The notes under the pieces: generated by a model | Database searches by the model: none | The model's input: only the letters and a program-made list of their open reading frames with translations | Told to the model about the DNA's origin: nothing | Made by a program: the position numbers and the translations under genes | Source of the DNA: the human T2T-CHM13v2.0 reference genome, Homo sapiens | Strand: one strand, 5' to 3' | Assembly: GCF_009914755.1 (NCBI RefSeq) | Contig: NC_060928.1 | Length of the DNA stretch: 64,000 nucleotides | Shown: piece after piece, positions 1 through 15,884 of the stretch | How positions within the stretch are numbered: position 1 is the first letter of the stretch | Layout: each line of letters starts with the position of its first letter

Positions 1-446
1 TGAAAAATGCAATATTATACTTATGTACAACAGTAAACATAATATGTGCTTCTGTCATGGGTTTTAATATTTCAGGCGCAGTTAGGCACAGTGAAATGTT
101 TAGGAATAACTGTTCTTAGACGTTTTACTGTGCCTCATAAACCATGTCAACTGAGCCATGGTTGAAGACTGAATGGAATATTTCAATTAATTATTGACAG
201 ATTGTTACAGTGACTCAAGAGAACCAGTCAAGCAACAATGACAATATATTTTCTCCTCTTAACTACCCCAACACCTAAAATATTCATTTTTAGGAAAATA
301 TACATACTAACTTAACAGCATAACTGAAAATATTTTATATTAAAGCTTATTTTCCCATTAGAGTTACTTTGATTTTTGAACTAATTGCGGAAAATTGCAA
401 GGACAAGGTTAACTTAGATGATTTTTTTGACACCATTATATGTAAT

Positions 447-538
447 CTTTTTTAAATTTAACTTTAAGTTCTGGGATACACGTGCAGAATGTGCAGGTTT
501 GTTACACAGGTATACATGTGCCATGTTGGTTTGCTGCC
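447..538 (-). mobile_element. L1PA 3' end fragment
   Basis: ttttaaatttaactttaagttctgggatacacgtgcagaatgtgcaggtttgttac matches the antisense L1PA 3' terminus. Confidence 0.8.
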
Positions 539-1285
539 TCTAACTTTGAGGATTTTTACATAAAATCACATAGCTAAAATCTAGGCATAAAGACATGTAA
601 ATGCCTTCATTTTCATTTTCCTGAGCACCAACTTTAACTCTTTCTCAAATCAACTGTGGCATCTGTCAAGTACGTCTCATAGTAAGGAAGAATGAATTTT
701 GGCACACTGTCGACATTAACAAAAATGGCAGTGGGAAAAATAGCTGTATTTTTGTATTTCCAAATGACCACTTAAAATAATCTCAAGTCTTTATTACATA
801 AATTTTCTGATTCTCCTAGTCTTTTTGGCTTCATCTTTCTGTGTTAGGCCTTGTCAGTATCATCAGTTTACCTTTGGATAAGAGCTGTTCATCTGGGATG
901 GTGTCTGGGCTGGCACACACCACACACAGAGCAAACACAGCTGCAGCGGCTCTCCCAGGCAGCATGCACCAACACTAACAGCACAGAGAAGTCCGCCACG
1001 GCGTTGTCTCCACGTGTGTCATCACACACACTGTCTTCAGTCATAAACTCAACAGAGCTCATCTGTTCTCCAAAAGGTTGTTGGAACTACATTGTTCTTG
1101 CATGATCTAGCAGCATTTGAGTTTCTAGTACTTTAGCAAAATTATAAAAACATAAATGAACAGTCAGAGTCTTTTTGAAGGCTTGGAAGAAAAAGAATCT
1201 ATTAGAGATGAAACCATGCTCACATAGATAAAATAATATTAAGGAAGTGTCTAGTATGAAATTCTGCTATTAAAAAATGGTGTTG

Positions 1286-1620
<335 letters not shown>

Positions 1621-3439
1621 AATAAAAAAGGTGTTAGGAGTAGCTTAAGGTAGAAAATAAATAAATAGTATTAGATGCATTTTCTGAGACAAATGTAATT
1701 CAATTAGAATTGTCCACTATTTACATTCAAAGTCAATTAATAATCCTATTCAATAAGCTGGCCGTGGCCTTTGCCTTATACTACAAAAATGTCATTAAGA
1801 ATCAAATATAATCGACCCAAATTGTGTTAGTTCACCGCAAGTTTTTACACCTTGGATTTTGCATGCATGCTACAATGATAATAGCATCACTGTAGGCTAA
1901 AGCACTTCTGAATAAAATTGTTTTTATTAAAGTTTCAAAATTTTAAAATATTAAACTGTATGAAACAATATGACTTATTAATGGGCCAGTGATTTTACAG
2001 CATCTCCTAACACCCCATCTGTGGCCCAACAGTGGACCTCCACAGTAGTACATAAATGTATGTCAATTGGTTGTTACATAAACATATTCTACATAAAAAT
2101 GTCTTTTGTTTTTCCAAGTATATACATTCTGTAACTCATGATTTGCCTTGTATTTGTTCAATCTTATTACTTATAGCTTTAAAATATATCACAATTAAAT
2201 TGTATGTAGTTAGAAAAGGAGGACATTAGGAAAAATATATGTAATGAGAGAAGTCTTAGCCTTACAGAACAAGACAAACACTTCAGTCAGGCAAATTTAC
2301 AAACAAGGCTGCAAGTCGGTCAATGTGGCTCAAGAGAAGGAGTTTCCTCAGAGCTCCTGGGACAGGGCACAGCTCATCACAGCCACTAGAGGCAGCTGAC
2401 TGCTGCTCCACTCCTGAGCTCCCCAATTTTGTTTTCCTTTTTTTTTCTGGACACAATGGCTTCTTCTCTTTAATAATGCCTTCCTTCTGCCCCATAATTT
2501 CTATTTGCATGTGGCTTTGACTTGTTTTGGTGACAGCTCTATGTTAGTTTCACACTCACTAATACTTACTTTTTCTGAGACTTTTTGCTCAAATTTTCCA
2601 AAGAGAGTACATAAACAGCCCAGCCCCTGGATTAGTTTACCTTGAGACAAAACTCCATCGCAGGTCCAAACAGCTAAGGTGAGGGAGGCCAGGTCAAATA
2701 GCACATTCCTCTCCACCTAGACCCACCTCTTTAAAAGTGATTGCAGGCTGTGGACAATATTTTTAAAATGAGACACAGGCTAAGCTAATACCCCACAGTG
2801 TACATCGTACAATAGAAAAATAGCTAAATATAGACAATTCATTAAAAAAATTCCGAAGATCATTATTATAAGAAAAAGCAATAATTAATGAAAATTGAGG
2901 GTTTAATTTCTACTATACAAATAGCATAGTAGATTTTCTTGAACTGTAATGATCTGGATCCAGGTTACTGCTGCACAAATGGAGAGGAACTGAAATATAC
3001 TAGAAATAGACGTGGCTAGATACAGATATAGACACATATGTGTATGCACATTCTCTCCCAATATATACAGTTGATAGAGGTGAGAGAAAAAGTCCACTAA
3101 TATTTCTATGAATTTATTTTTTGGTTAAAAAATGAATTTGGATACTATATTTTCATCTGATTTCTATTTTACAAGGCCCATAATGTAAGTATTTTTATTT
3201 CACTACTGTTAGATATTCCCTGAGAAAGAAAGAGACACTTGACATGTGAGAAATATCACATTTGCAAACGGATGTTTTTTGAAAAATATCAATGTTCTAT
3301 TGTCTCTAGAATTAGAACATTGTTAAAAAATACATTTTGGCAATAACGAAGTGATTAGTCATCTGTGGGGTACAAGATAACAATACAAGAAACTAACCTT
3401 ACTGAAAAGGTGGTGGATGGCATGTGATTGCTCTACATG

Positions 3440-3595
3440 CATCCCTTCAATCAATACCAGAATAGCTTTGGAGGCAGGTACAACGGTCATTATCTAAATT
3501 TTATAAAAGAAACTTAAATAGACAAAAGTTGTTTTCCCAAGGATACAGGGCTAGTAAATTAAATGGTGGGAGCCAGATTCAAACCCAGTTTTAAT
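3440..3595 (-). mobile_element. MIR fragment
   Basis: ttcccaaggatacagggctagtaaat...ggagccagattcaaacccag MIR core. Confidence 0.65.
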
Positions 3596-4522
3596 TTCAG
3601 AGGAAGCCATTGTTGGCCTCTGACTTTAAATTCCAGATAAATGGAAATAAGCCCATGTTATGGATATTCTAGCAATTTTGCAGAGTAACTCTAATGACAC
3701 CTGTATTCTCTGTGTTATTATACTGAAATAGTCTATAGATACTCAGTATAAAGATACTGCAATGAAGAGTTGTATGGATTTTTAAAATTTTTATACACAG
3801 TTTTTGAAGACAATGTTTTAAAAATCATTGAGAATATTGGGTCATTTTGTTTTCATAGTCATGCCTTCCCCTAAAGAAATCCTTTTGTTAGAAGATAAAT
3901 TAGGAGGCACATTGTTTAGAAGTAGACATAGAAAGATGGATTTAACAATCTGCCTAATTATGTTATTTCTTCTTTTTTGTTGTCTCTGTGTTCGTGCATG
4001 TGCATTTTTTATGTGACTAAGGATATCCAGAGAGTGGAACGGTAATGAGAAGTACAACAAATGGGTAGAATCATTTTGTTTGCATTATAATCCATACATG
4101 ACTGATGTAGTACGGGAAAATGAACTTCTAATTGTGGTCCTTGGTCCTAGGACCAAACTCATGATCAAAACCACTCAGATAAAAAGTATCCAGTCAGAGT
4201 AAGGTGGTTGTTTAAGAGAAAATGGGATTTTTGGGGATGCTGGAAGTCAGAGAGCAAAGACAATGTTCAAAAACACGTGGTCTCTGACTTCCCCTTCTCT
4301 CCAAGAATGGAAAGTTGGCTGCCGATGCTGTGGTTAGTTTACAAAGCAGGGAAGGCCTATGTTGGTGAGCATGTACTTAAACTGAGTGTGAGTGTGGCCT
4401 CGCTGCATGGGGAGTAGCTGCATCCCACGTGCACTAGAGAATGCAAATGCCAAAACCAACACCAAAACAACAGCCCTCTCAAAAATGCTTTATTCGCTTC
4501 TACTCTACATGTATGATCATTT

Positions 4523-4988
4523 TGAGGCAGGAAAATAGGGCCTGGGTGCAGGGAACCTAGGGAATTCACAGAACTGAATCAAGCTCTGTGACCAAGTAAA
4601 TAACTCTAACTCTACTTCAGCCATGCCAGGAAACATCTTCATTTGCATAGGGTGTACACCAAGGAAATCACTTTGTACCCTCACTTCATTCTCTTTATTT
4701 GCATAGGGTGTACACCAAGGAAATCACTTTATAACCTCACTTCACCTCTTCATTTACATACAACGGAAGCCATGTCACCAATGGGAAACCTCTAGAGGGT
4801 ATTTAAACGACAGGAAATTCTGAACATGCCTTTGAGCTGCTTGCTCGGCCCCTCCCACCCTGTGTCGTGTACTTTCATTTTCAATACATCTCTGCTTCTG
4901 TTGCTTCATTCTTTCCTTGATTTGTTTGTGCATTTTGTCCAACTCTTTGTTCAAAATGTCAGAACCTGGACACCCTCTACCAATAACA
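4523..4988 (+). mobile_element. MER51-family solo LTR (ERV1)
   Basis: TG...CA ends (tgaggcaggaaaatagg...aataaca); ctctagagggtatttaaa TATA region; gaacctggacaccctc 3' end. Confidence 0.85.
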
Positions 4989-5200
4989 GTTTCATTTAAG
5001 GAAAGTTTCTGTACTCTTGGCTAAGTAAGTCAGAAACTTATTTTAATCTTACAATGAGTACAGGTGGTATCTTCCTACCCATTCCTAACCTACTTATGAA
5101 CCCCGCTTTGGAAGGTGACAAAATGCCTCACCAAGCCTCAGAAAGAAGAGGCCTGCTTAGCAGCATTACAATCAATAGTATTTATAAAAAGCTATCACGA

Positions 5201-5618
<418 letters not shown>

Positions 5619-7549
5619 TCAGAGTCAAATACTTTCAGATTAATACCTTGCTTAAGTTATTACAGCATGGATGGTATGCGATGTTTAGGCTCACCTATTT
5701 AATCATAAAAAGTGTCTATGCATACCAACTAATTAAAACTACATAAGTTAAAAGAAATATTTTTATATTAAATCTATTAATCTACTGGTAATTATATTTA
5801 ATGGTCAAAATCATAATATTCTAATTCATTATTTTATGCACAAAAACTTGGGGATAGAGTCTAAATAGTGGTTGAATGGATGATGAATATATCACTAAAC
5901 AAAACAAATGAATCAATATGTTCTCAGGGGCCTCCTAGTCCCTAAATTCACAAAACTCACAAAAGAGAAAGACAAAAAGCAAAATTTACTTAGAGAATGC
6001 TTAGCATTTAAAGCCCCAAATTCCTATAGGTCGCATCTAATAAAGTTGTACTAGCATTCCAAAAGTATGGAAGCTGAGTAGAGGAAAATGGTAACACCAC
6101 AGCAATGCAGTCAGCCATAACCATGATGTGGAAAACTTGAAAACAAACGGCTCAAATTCATACGTCGTTGAAAAAGGATACATTGTTAAGAAAAAAGTAG
6201 CCTGTGTTGAAGTGAATAGTTAATGTATTTTGTAACAATTATTTTAAAAATGGAATACTCAAATTCTTACACGCTGCTTCTACAGAGGCTGACTATACAA
6301 TACATAAATTAAAAAATAAAATAAGCAGATTTCTCTGCTTCATATATTTTGACCTCTTCTGTGTGTACTTTTAAATTTTTTGAACCTAAGCATGCTTTTA
6401 AAATCAATTAAACATTTTATATAAACTGATAAGTAAACATATCCAAGAGTGGAAGTTGGAAGACAATGAAAATGTCTACCTTGGATATGAGGAGGCCATC
6501 AGGGAGAAATGTACTATGGAAATATTTTTAAAACTCAGGAATAAATTGTGTCCCTCACATCAGAAATACTAAGTCACATGGTCTGAAGGAAATCCTGCAA
6601 CTTTAAAGAATTGATTTTCAAAATTACCCACCAATACCTTATAATACCAGAATGTTGAGTAAGAAACATTCATATCAACCCCTATCTGAATTCTGAGAAA
6701 ACGACTGTCATGTAATTGACAGTGGTGAGGACTGAAAGCACAGGAACATCCTGAGCCTCACCAGCACCAAGCCTAGACACGAGAAAAAAGTGATGCCAGC
6801 CTGGCACCATCAAAATAATCTCTACATATGAGGACAAGTTAGTGTCTTATAAATGCAGAGGGAAAGTGTTTAATTGTAAGAGATTTGCTGAACTAAAAAG
6901 GAGAATGTCTTCATAAACAACTGCTCTGTAGCTGCAAAATAAAATAAAACATGGACCCTTCAAAAAATATGTACACTCCCCTCAAGGTGAGCTGACGAGA
7001 GGATACAAAGATCTTCCAGCAGCCAGGGGAGTAACCTGGCCCCAGAGCAAAGACCACCAAATGTTGGGAGTTTGTGTTTCTCATTTTTTTTTGTCTTTTT
7101 CCAATCAACCAAAACACAGGCAATTAGTTTATAAGCTTCACATCCTTAACCAGAGCTGGCAAAAAGTACGAGTCAACAAACAAAAATAATTGAAACAAAA
7201 CACAAAACAAAAACCGTCGGATCAAATGAGGAAAAGCTCATTTTTGGGAATAGAAGAGAACATCACCAAATCTGAAATGCTACCTGTAGAATAAAGTCAA
7301 ATGAATATTCATTCATAAAGTGAAGACAGAATGATGTAATTCGAATAATGAGAAAATAAGAATAACCTGTTGGCATCATCCAAGTAAAAATCAAGTAAAA
7401 ATTCGATGGAAGAACCAGAAGGTAAAGTCCCGGAATTGTCTCAGAAATTAGAAAAAATAAGATGTAAGTGGATAATTTTTTTAAAAATCCCAATCTTGAG
7501 TTAAAAAGAGATTTGGGCAGGAAAAAAAAATGCCCTTGTGAATCATGCA

Positions 7550-7940
7550 CATTGGGTGTTAATTGAAGCCAGGACCATAGATGAGATTGACTAGAGCGAG
7601 AGGGAATAATTTGAGACAAAAGGGCCCAAACCCAAGCTTTCCAGAACTCCAAACGTTGGTGGCCTAGAGGAAGAAAATTACCCCACAAAGCAGGCAGAGA
7701 AGGACGAGCTGGAAAGGTCAGGGTTAAAATGAGGCTGAGGAGTCTCCCAGGTCACCGAAGGAGAATGGGCAACAGCAGAAAATGATGAAGAGGGGCCACA
7801 CAGGAGCAAACTGAACACAAATACTGCAGGCTGGAGGTAATTACTGAATTTAGCAAAAGCTGGTTTGGGTGTAGTGTCGGATTAAAAGTTAGATTTTAGT
7901 GGGTACAGACTGAGTAAATAGAAATAATGAGAAGAGGCAA
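7550..7940 (-). mobile_element. L2 fragment
   Basis: purine-rich diverged L2-like motifs (gatgagattg...gaatttagcaa...agattttagtggg). Confidence 0.55.
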
Positions 7941-8259
7941 CACCAGGAAGAGACAGGCAGAATACTTCTTTAACCTGATAACAAACAAACAAAAACCTTT
8001 TATTTAAAACCCCTGCCTAGAATGTTCTTAAAGTGAAATACGAAGTATGTCCAGTATATCTAAAGAACATGTAACATATATCACTGTTTTGTTGGGGAAT
8101 ATATATTATTTCAGTATAAAGATAAAACTATTTTATTTTCCCAGTAAATACTAGAAATAGTGTTCTGTCTTCCGAGCACTTTCCCGGCTGTGTGATTTCC
8201 TGAGTCCACAGTGATCTACCGTGGGGCTTCCAGCTCTGCACCAGCCCAATGTCTCAAGC

Positions 8260-9060
<801 letters not shown>

Positions 9061-9189
9061 CACTGTTGCTTGAGTTGCGTCCAGTGGAATCAACTGCAAA
9101 CAGAGAAAGTTAGCATATGTGTGTAAAGAAAAAAGATGAATGACCCTTTTTGTAGATGAGAGTTCAGTTTTGAAAATACACACACTCAA

Positions 9190-9690
9190 AATTTAAAACT
9201 TCTAAAACGAATAACAGAGTTCAGTAAATTGGCTAGGCAAAGAACATAGAGAAACAAAACCCACCACTGGTCAAGGTGTACTAAGTTGGATATCATCAAA
9301 TGTAGCTGTTAACAGTGTAAATTAATTTTAATATTTTGAAAATTGTACAGAGCAAGCATATGAAGAGCCTTAAAATGTTCACATCCCTTGATCCACTGAT
9401 TTTATGTCAAGGAATTCATTCTAAAACATAATTCTAAAAACTAGGTAAGGATTTACATTTTAAAATTATTCTTAAAGATATATTTAACATTGATTAAAAA
9501 ATGAAAACGACAATATCGGAATTGTTAAAGAAAATGTGGCATTTTCTAACAATGCACTATTACACAGTCACCAGATACTGTGTTTATAGGTTCCTCTCAC
9601 AATATAGAAAAATGCTTCTGTTTATGTTAGATGAAAAAGCAGGAACTTATTTGTATGTAAGCCTGACCACATGTAACATGTAAAATGAGG
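9190..9690 (+). mobile_element. old L1M (ME/MC-like) 3' fragment
   Basis: aaaatgttcacatcccttgatccac...aggaattcattc motif. Confidence 0.55.
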
Positions 9691-10206
9691 TCTTGTCTGT
9701 CTCAAGATAGCTGAGGTCAAATATATTTCAAATACCTAGCATATCCCGAAGTTCTATCCCTAATGTTATAAAGAACATGCCCAGAGATGATAAAACTAGG
9801 CCACAAGGTAAAAGTGACAGAAATCCTGAAGTCTGGAGTTGTCATCTTACATTGGACATATTTTATATAGGAGTTACCAGAAAGAATAAGTAAACTCTCT
9901 GAGATTTCACCTGAGGGAGAGGAGGTAAGTATTCAAGACAGCAAATTTAACAGGAAACGTTGAAATGTAAATTATTGATTTTATAACTGCATTCTATCAG
10001 GTTCTAGTTGTTAAATCTACCACTTATGTGTGTATAAAATAGCAAATGGAATGAAATATAGAAAAATATTAATAGAGGTTGTCATTAAGTAATATATGAG
10101 TAACCTTCCTTCCTTACCCTTTTTTTGTATATTCTGTTTTTATGAAAAACAATATTAATTCTATACTTGAAAAAATTTTACTGAAAAATGAAGTAAGCTA
10201 AAGAGG

Positions 10207-10495
10207 GGTTGGGTGTGGTGGGTCACACCTGTAATCCCAGCACTTTGGGAGGCCGAGGCGGGTGGATCATTTGAGACTAGGAGTTGGAGAGCAGCCACCA
10301 TGGCAAACATCCTCTCTACTAATAATACAAAAATTAGCTGGGTGTGGTGGTGCCCACATATAGTCCCAGCTACTTGGGAGGCTGAACCGCTTCAGCTGGG
10401 AGGGAAGGTGGAGGTTGCAGTGAGCTGAGATGGTGCCACTGCACTCCAGCCTGGGCAACAGAGTGAGACTCAAAAAAATAAATAAATAAAATAAC
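10207..10495 (+). mobile_element. Alu (diverged, J/S)
   Basis: Alu dimer with small internal deletions and A-rich tail. Confidence 0.92.
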
Positions 10496-11926
10496 CCAAA
10501 AAGGTAGAAAAGTAATTCCAAGTTCATAATTCCCAGATTAACCTTCCCTCCCCATGTTGGAACCAAGATTCCCTAATCAAATACCAGTCCTGGGACTGAG
10601 TTATAAGCTTTGTTTAGCCTCTGAATCATTCAACAATCCAGTCTTCTCATGTACCTCACTGATTTTGGCTAGGGAGATATTGCCATGTTTTTTTATCAAA
10701 TGAATGGAATAAATTATGTAAACACAAAATGCAAGAACAATATGGTGCATGCATTAGGTATTCAATAAATGATGCCTGAAACCAGAGAGAAAACTCATTA
10801 TTTTTTGAGGACCTGTTGCTTATCCATAGAATGAAGATGAAGTGGTGTTTCTAAAATAAGTAAGGTATGCTAAGTAACTACCCATCATCTCACTAATTAG
10901 AACTGAATGAGTCATGAATGTTGAATATTTATTCCATAAACACAGAAACCTGTGACAGACCCGCAATTCTTCAGAGTTCACCATTAGAAAAAGGCTCATT
11001 CAACTGAAATTTTTAATTGGAAGAGGAGATGGATTCCGGCTTTATTGTTTCTCCTTGTCTACACATATTTCTGCTTCAGACTGACTCTGTCAATTACGTT
11101 CTCCTATTATTCACTGCATGCAGGCCCTCAATTGCTGTAAACGTTGGCCTCAGGCTTGCTTATTGCGCTATAAATTTGGCAGGAGAGCTAATGGGAAAGG
11201 TGCAGCCATTTGCTGTTTGAATTCAATTTTCATGCGCGAGGCTTTTTTCCCGACTCCGAGAGTGCTCTGCTTGTGTCAGCAGAGCAAGTAATTAAAAGGG
11301 TCAGTGGTTAAATATTGCTACAAGTAGTTCAAAACTAAATCGTCATTTTTAGAGACAGAAAGACAAACACGGATGAACGATAAATGCATGATCCGTGGAC
11401 TGATCTAGAACTACAAAAAAAAAAAAAAAAGTGCTGACACCCTTCTTCACTCCAGGAAGACAAGCGACTCCATTTAAGGGTGGTGGAAGCTCATAAAAGA
11501 GTAAGTGGTAATAGTGAGGTGCATTAGGGCATTCAAAGGCAGGTGCTCTATCGGAGAAAAATCAATGTGTGCATTGCATTTGCAAACCAAAGTCAGGGTT
11601 ATTGTTTCATTTGTCAAGGTTTTAGGCCACAGAGTAGAAACATTTAAATGAGTGATTTAAATCAAGCTAATCTTTTAAAGATTGTCCATTTATTCAAAAC
11701 GTTAAGCTTAATTGATGCTTCAAGACAGAGTACTCTTCCCTTTCCATCTTAGCTGTCTTAGCTCTCACCGCTACCTTCCTGCTGATTTCTTTTATTAGAC
11801 TCCTCAAGTCCCATAATTGAATCTAATGTGTATTTCTACTATCACCACTAGGCTTATTAATTTGTGATAGCTCTAAACCACCACCAAAATTCCAAAAGGA
11901 AGAGGGAAAATACATGGCAAAATATA

Positions 11927-12050
11927 GGCCAGGCTTTGTGGCTCCCATCTGTAATCTGGGCACTTTGGGAGGCCAAGGTGAGAGGATCACTTGAGGTGAG
12001 GAGTTTGAGATAAAACTGGACAACATAGTTAGACCCCATCTCTACAAAAT
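11927..12050 (+). mobile_element. FLAM/AluJ left monomer, followed by AT low-complexity tail to ~12165
   Basis: ggccaggc...gtggctc...ggatcacttgag...ccccatctctacaaaa. Confidence 0.85.
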
Positions 12051-12529
12051 ATACATAACATATATACTATATTAATATATGGTATATTATATTTTATATT
12101 TTATTATATATAACATTTGTGTATTATATATATATTATATATTTATGTATATTATATATAAAATCTTATCAATATTTAAAGAGAAGTTTATACCAAAATA
12201 TTTGTTCTCCTCTTTAGAAAAATAATCCCAGGCATTTGTTATAATCTGGTTCCAAACATCATTGCACTATTTTAAGTTTTTTTAAAAAAACTACTCTGAT
12301 TTAAAAAGCAAGTAAACAGAAAATGGTTATTTGTATCTATAGCTGCTGGACTTTCTTCTTGGTTGTTCCTCAGTGATGTACGGCACAGGGGGCAGAGGCT
12401 GAGTCTTCATCAGGCAGAAAGGACAGTAACAACTGCACTCACTCCGGCTTTCTCCAGCGCCCGGGGGATTTGACATTCACTAAAGACATTTTTCTTTTTT
12501 AATTAAATTACCTTTCCCAAGTGGTATCT

Positions 12530-12790
12530 ACCTTGCTCTAAGTGCTTTCTAATGAATCCTTACAGTGATTTTCTTGTCCCTCCTATTTTACAGATGAGAA
12601 CACTGATTTTGGAAGCTTGGAATTAGTTTTTTTCACAGCTAGCAGGTAACTCAATTGGAGTCAACATCAGCCTCCCATCCACAGGATGATCGTGACAGTA
12701 CCCATCTCCCCAGCTGTGAGATTAAACAATTGAACACATGCCAAGCACTCAGAATGATGCCTGGCAGATTTAGCACTTTATAAATGACGA
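12530..12790. mobile_element. MIR fragments in both orientations
   Basis: cctattttacagatgagaacactga; gtgagattaaa...aagcactcagaatgatgcctggca. Confidence 0.65.
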
Positions 12791-12840
12791 TTATAAGTTC
12801 CAAGAGAGAAAATTTAACAATGTATTGGAATGTCTTAAAA

Positions 12841-13030
12841 CAGTATTTCCTAGAGACCTGATAATGGACCACCCACAGCAGAATAATCTGGGTGCTTATT
12901 AAAAAGAAAAATTTCTGGACCCTGTCCTAAACATCTTAATTAAAAACTCAATAAATGGAGCCTAGAAATCTCCATTTTCAATAACCACCTTACTGGATTT
13001 TTGAGCACACCAAGTTTTGAGAGATGTTTT
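12841..13030. mobile_element. MER5-family hAT-Charlie DNA transposon relic
   Basis: cagaataatctgggtgcttattaaaa...ggagcctagaaatctccatttt...aagttttgaga. Confidence 0.7.
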
Positions 13031-14885
13031 ACAACCTACTCAGGTTTATTTGCATAATTTATAATAGGACTGTCCAAGGTAAGGTGTAAATAATTCAAAT
13101 GGTAAGGATTGTAGAAACGAAGAAAATGAAAATTTAAGTTTGTTTCGTAGTCCATTATTTGGATTTTTTATGACATTGTTAAATCAGACACTGAGGCAAT
13201 GAGAAATATGGCTAAGATTCCTACTTCTTACTTTATTATGGTTAGCAGTTTCATATTTAAATACATGCGGTAACGGTGGAGCATGGAGAAAACATTACTG
13301 TAGCCACAGCTTTCCCACAGGCACCAGTAGGCAAGAACTCCCAGACTCCTGATCACTGTTTCTCCTAACCTGTCACTGGGAAAACTTGGCTAATAGGAAA
13401 GGACCAGGATATAGTGTAGCAACTGGCTTGTAAAAAGCAGTAAGGGTGCAAGCAACAAGATAGAATTAAGGGGAGGAACAAGCATATGCTCAGTAGCCAT
13501 CAGCGTCTTACCTAATCTTAGGTGCAAGGGTACACAAGTAATAGGTCATACATGTCTCCTGCCTCAGCCACTCCCTTCTCTTCACGGTTTCATCTGTTTC
13601 TCTACCTTACATGCACCACAGCCAATTGAAAATATTATTTAATAAAAAAGACTGCATAATCAAAATACCTAATTGTTTTATTTAAATAAGAAAATATGCG
13701 TTAATAAATTTATTAGTTATCCTGTTATCCTGTTATTTTACATATCTATTCATCAGTCACTTGTCAGCTAAAATAGTCTCCTTTAATCAAGTTTTAATAT
13801 TCAAAACACATGTGCTGCTCTTTAAAAAGCATGACAGACACATCATTCACTGTGCATTCAAAGTCATAGATTAATTGTCACCTAATCATGCAAAATCTCC
13901 TACAAGTTGTCAAATTGAAGTTTTCTGGTGTAAATGCAAAAATGTCAAAGACATAGTCAATAAAAACACATTGCTTCAATGTGGCCTTGTGCTTTAGATT
14001 ATAACATTTATTTTTGAAATAATAACTCCTGCTTCATGTGCATTAAGTCTGTGAAAGAAAACTAATGACATAATACTCATATTCAATTGCATCGGTGTTG
14101 AGAAGACATTTAGTTTGCATACATATGTGTTTTAGACGTTGGGAGAATGCGATGTCAGAGTTCTCCATGCTTTGTGTCACAGATATTCCTGGCATGCCTC
14201 ACCCCTCACTGTATTCATTAATGCCATCAGCGGGGGCTGTCTCTACACATGGACGTGGGACACGGAGTTTGAAACCATGACAAATACCAAATGACTTTTA
14301 GCTACTGGGCCAAACCCAATAACTCAAGGTGTAACTACTTCATTTAACAGCCTAATCTCAAGACACTCTACAAGTACCACAGATGTTTGAACAAAATGCA
14401 AAAGGAAAGTACAATTATTACGATTTTGCACATGAGAAAACTAAGTCCCTAAATACTTGATACTTCCTCGAGTAAGGAAGAATATCCTGGACCCAGATCC
14501 ATCAATGGATAAGATCCATCAACATCATATTCTTATTTCCATGATTTTAGGAGGCTGAAAATTCCATTAGCTTCTATTAGGGCACAATAATGAGTGCCGG
14601 TTATGAAGCAGAGTCAGTGGTACTTCCCATTCTGGACGTTAGCTGTGAATTCCTCTGAATTGTGCAGGTTGTTCCTGATCTAACTCAGCCACCGCATGGG
14701 GGTAAGCACGGGGGCATCTGCTGGAGCTCTGGTCATTCCTGAGCCCACATGTCTGTCATCCCCCTCCTTGGCTCTCTTCCCACAGATGACATCTCAGTAA
14801 GGAAAGAATTTAGTGAGCAAATAATAATTGAAGTTTGAAATTCCTTAGAGAAAAATCTATTAACCAAAGAAATTATTATAATTAA

Positions 14886-15691
14886 TGAGAGGAGCAGGGA
14901 CCCTTCTTGGAAATGTGGATGGAAATGAAGTATGGAAATAAAATCTTGAGTTCCTTCGAAGGGAAGTCCAGGCACCTGGGTAGCCCTGAGAAGTAAATGA
15001 ACAACTTGATAGGCAAGGTTATTTTATTTAACAATAAAATTATTTGTCTTATTATTTAACAATATTTAACATTAACATTTAACAATATTTAACAATAAAA
15101 TTGGCTTAAAGCAATAGCCAGGAAGGTAAAGTCAAGGGATATCTGGTTCACTATAGGAGCTAAAGAGAACATCTGAACATATATTTGAGTTATTTTTAAG
15201 AAACCCAAATCCCCACCAAATGGATCTACTGGCACAGACACGCCAGATAAGGGGGAGCTGAGGAGTGAACTCTGACCACTGTTCTTTGTGCTAAATTTCT
15301 TCCTGAGTGGCCTGCAGGAAGTCACACCCATGAGCCAGAGGTAACATTCTTTTCCGCGGATCCCACATATTCAGACAACGCTTTGCCTTCTTAACCAACT
15401 GCAAATCAGAAAAGAATCGAATCTGCCGATGGCCCGTGGCCTCCGCTTTGAGATGTCCGGCCTGCTTCGGTCACGTCAGTGCATATCCTTCATTGCTTGA
15501 AACCTCTGCCTCCCTGCCTTGAAAACCCTTAGCTGCAAGCAGCTGGGGAGTTGGAGTCTTAGGAATGAGCGGCACAAGTCTCCCTGCCTGGCGCCCTGCA
15601 GTAAACGCCTCACTTTCTCTCGCTGCAATCTCAATGTCAGTGTTTGGTTTCGCTGCGTCTAGTCGGCAGACCCACGATCCGTTCAGTAACA
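14886..15691 (+). mobile_element. ERV1 solo LTR, MER39/MER34-like
   Basis: TG...CA ends with exact 4-bp TSD ttaa; 3' end ggcgccctgcagtaaacgcctcactttctctcgctgc...gttcagtaaca; subfamily uncertain. Confidence 0.75.
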
Positions 15692-15884
15692 TTAACAGTA
15701 GGTTTTTTATGTACTTTATTTTTGGAAGTGGGTCTCAAAGTTGGTCACCAATATCAAAGTCCTCAACATCAAGACTAAATGTCAAGGTGGATTGTGTGTG
15801 TATGCTTACCTTAATATGCAAACTTTTAGACACGTAAACTTCCAAAATGCAAAGAAAATGCATAACGACTACAACAATCATAAC

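Noticed and set aside
9871-9930. Strong plus-strand donor GAG|GTAAGT (similar at 19672 and 47871)
   Set aside because: Upstream acceptors are weak or give very short exons; isolated sites are expected by chance
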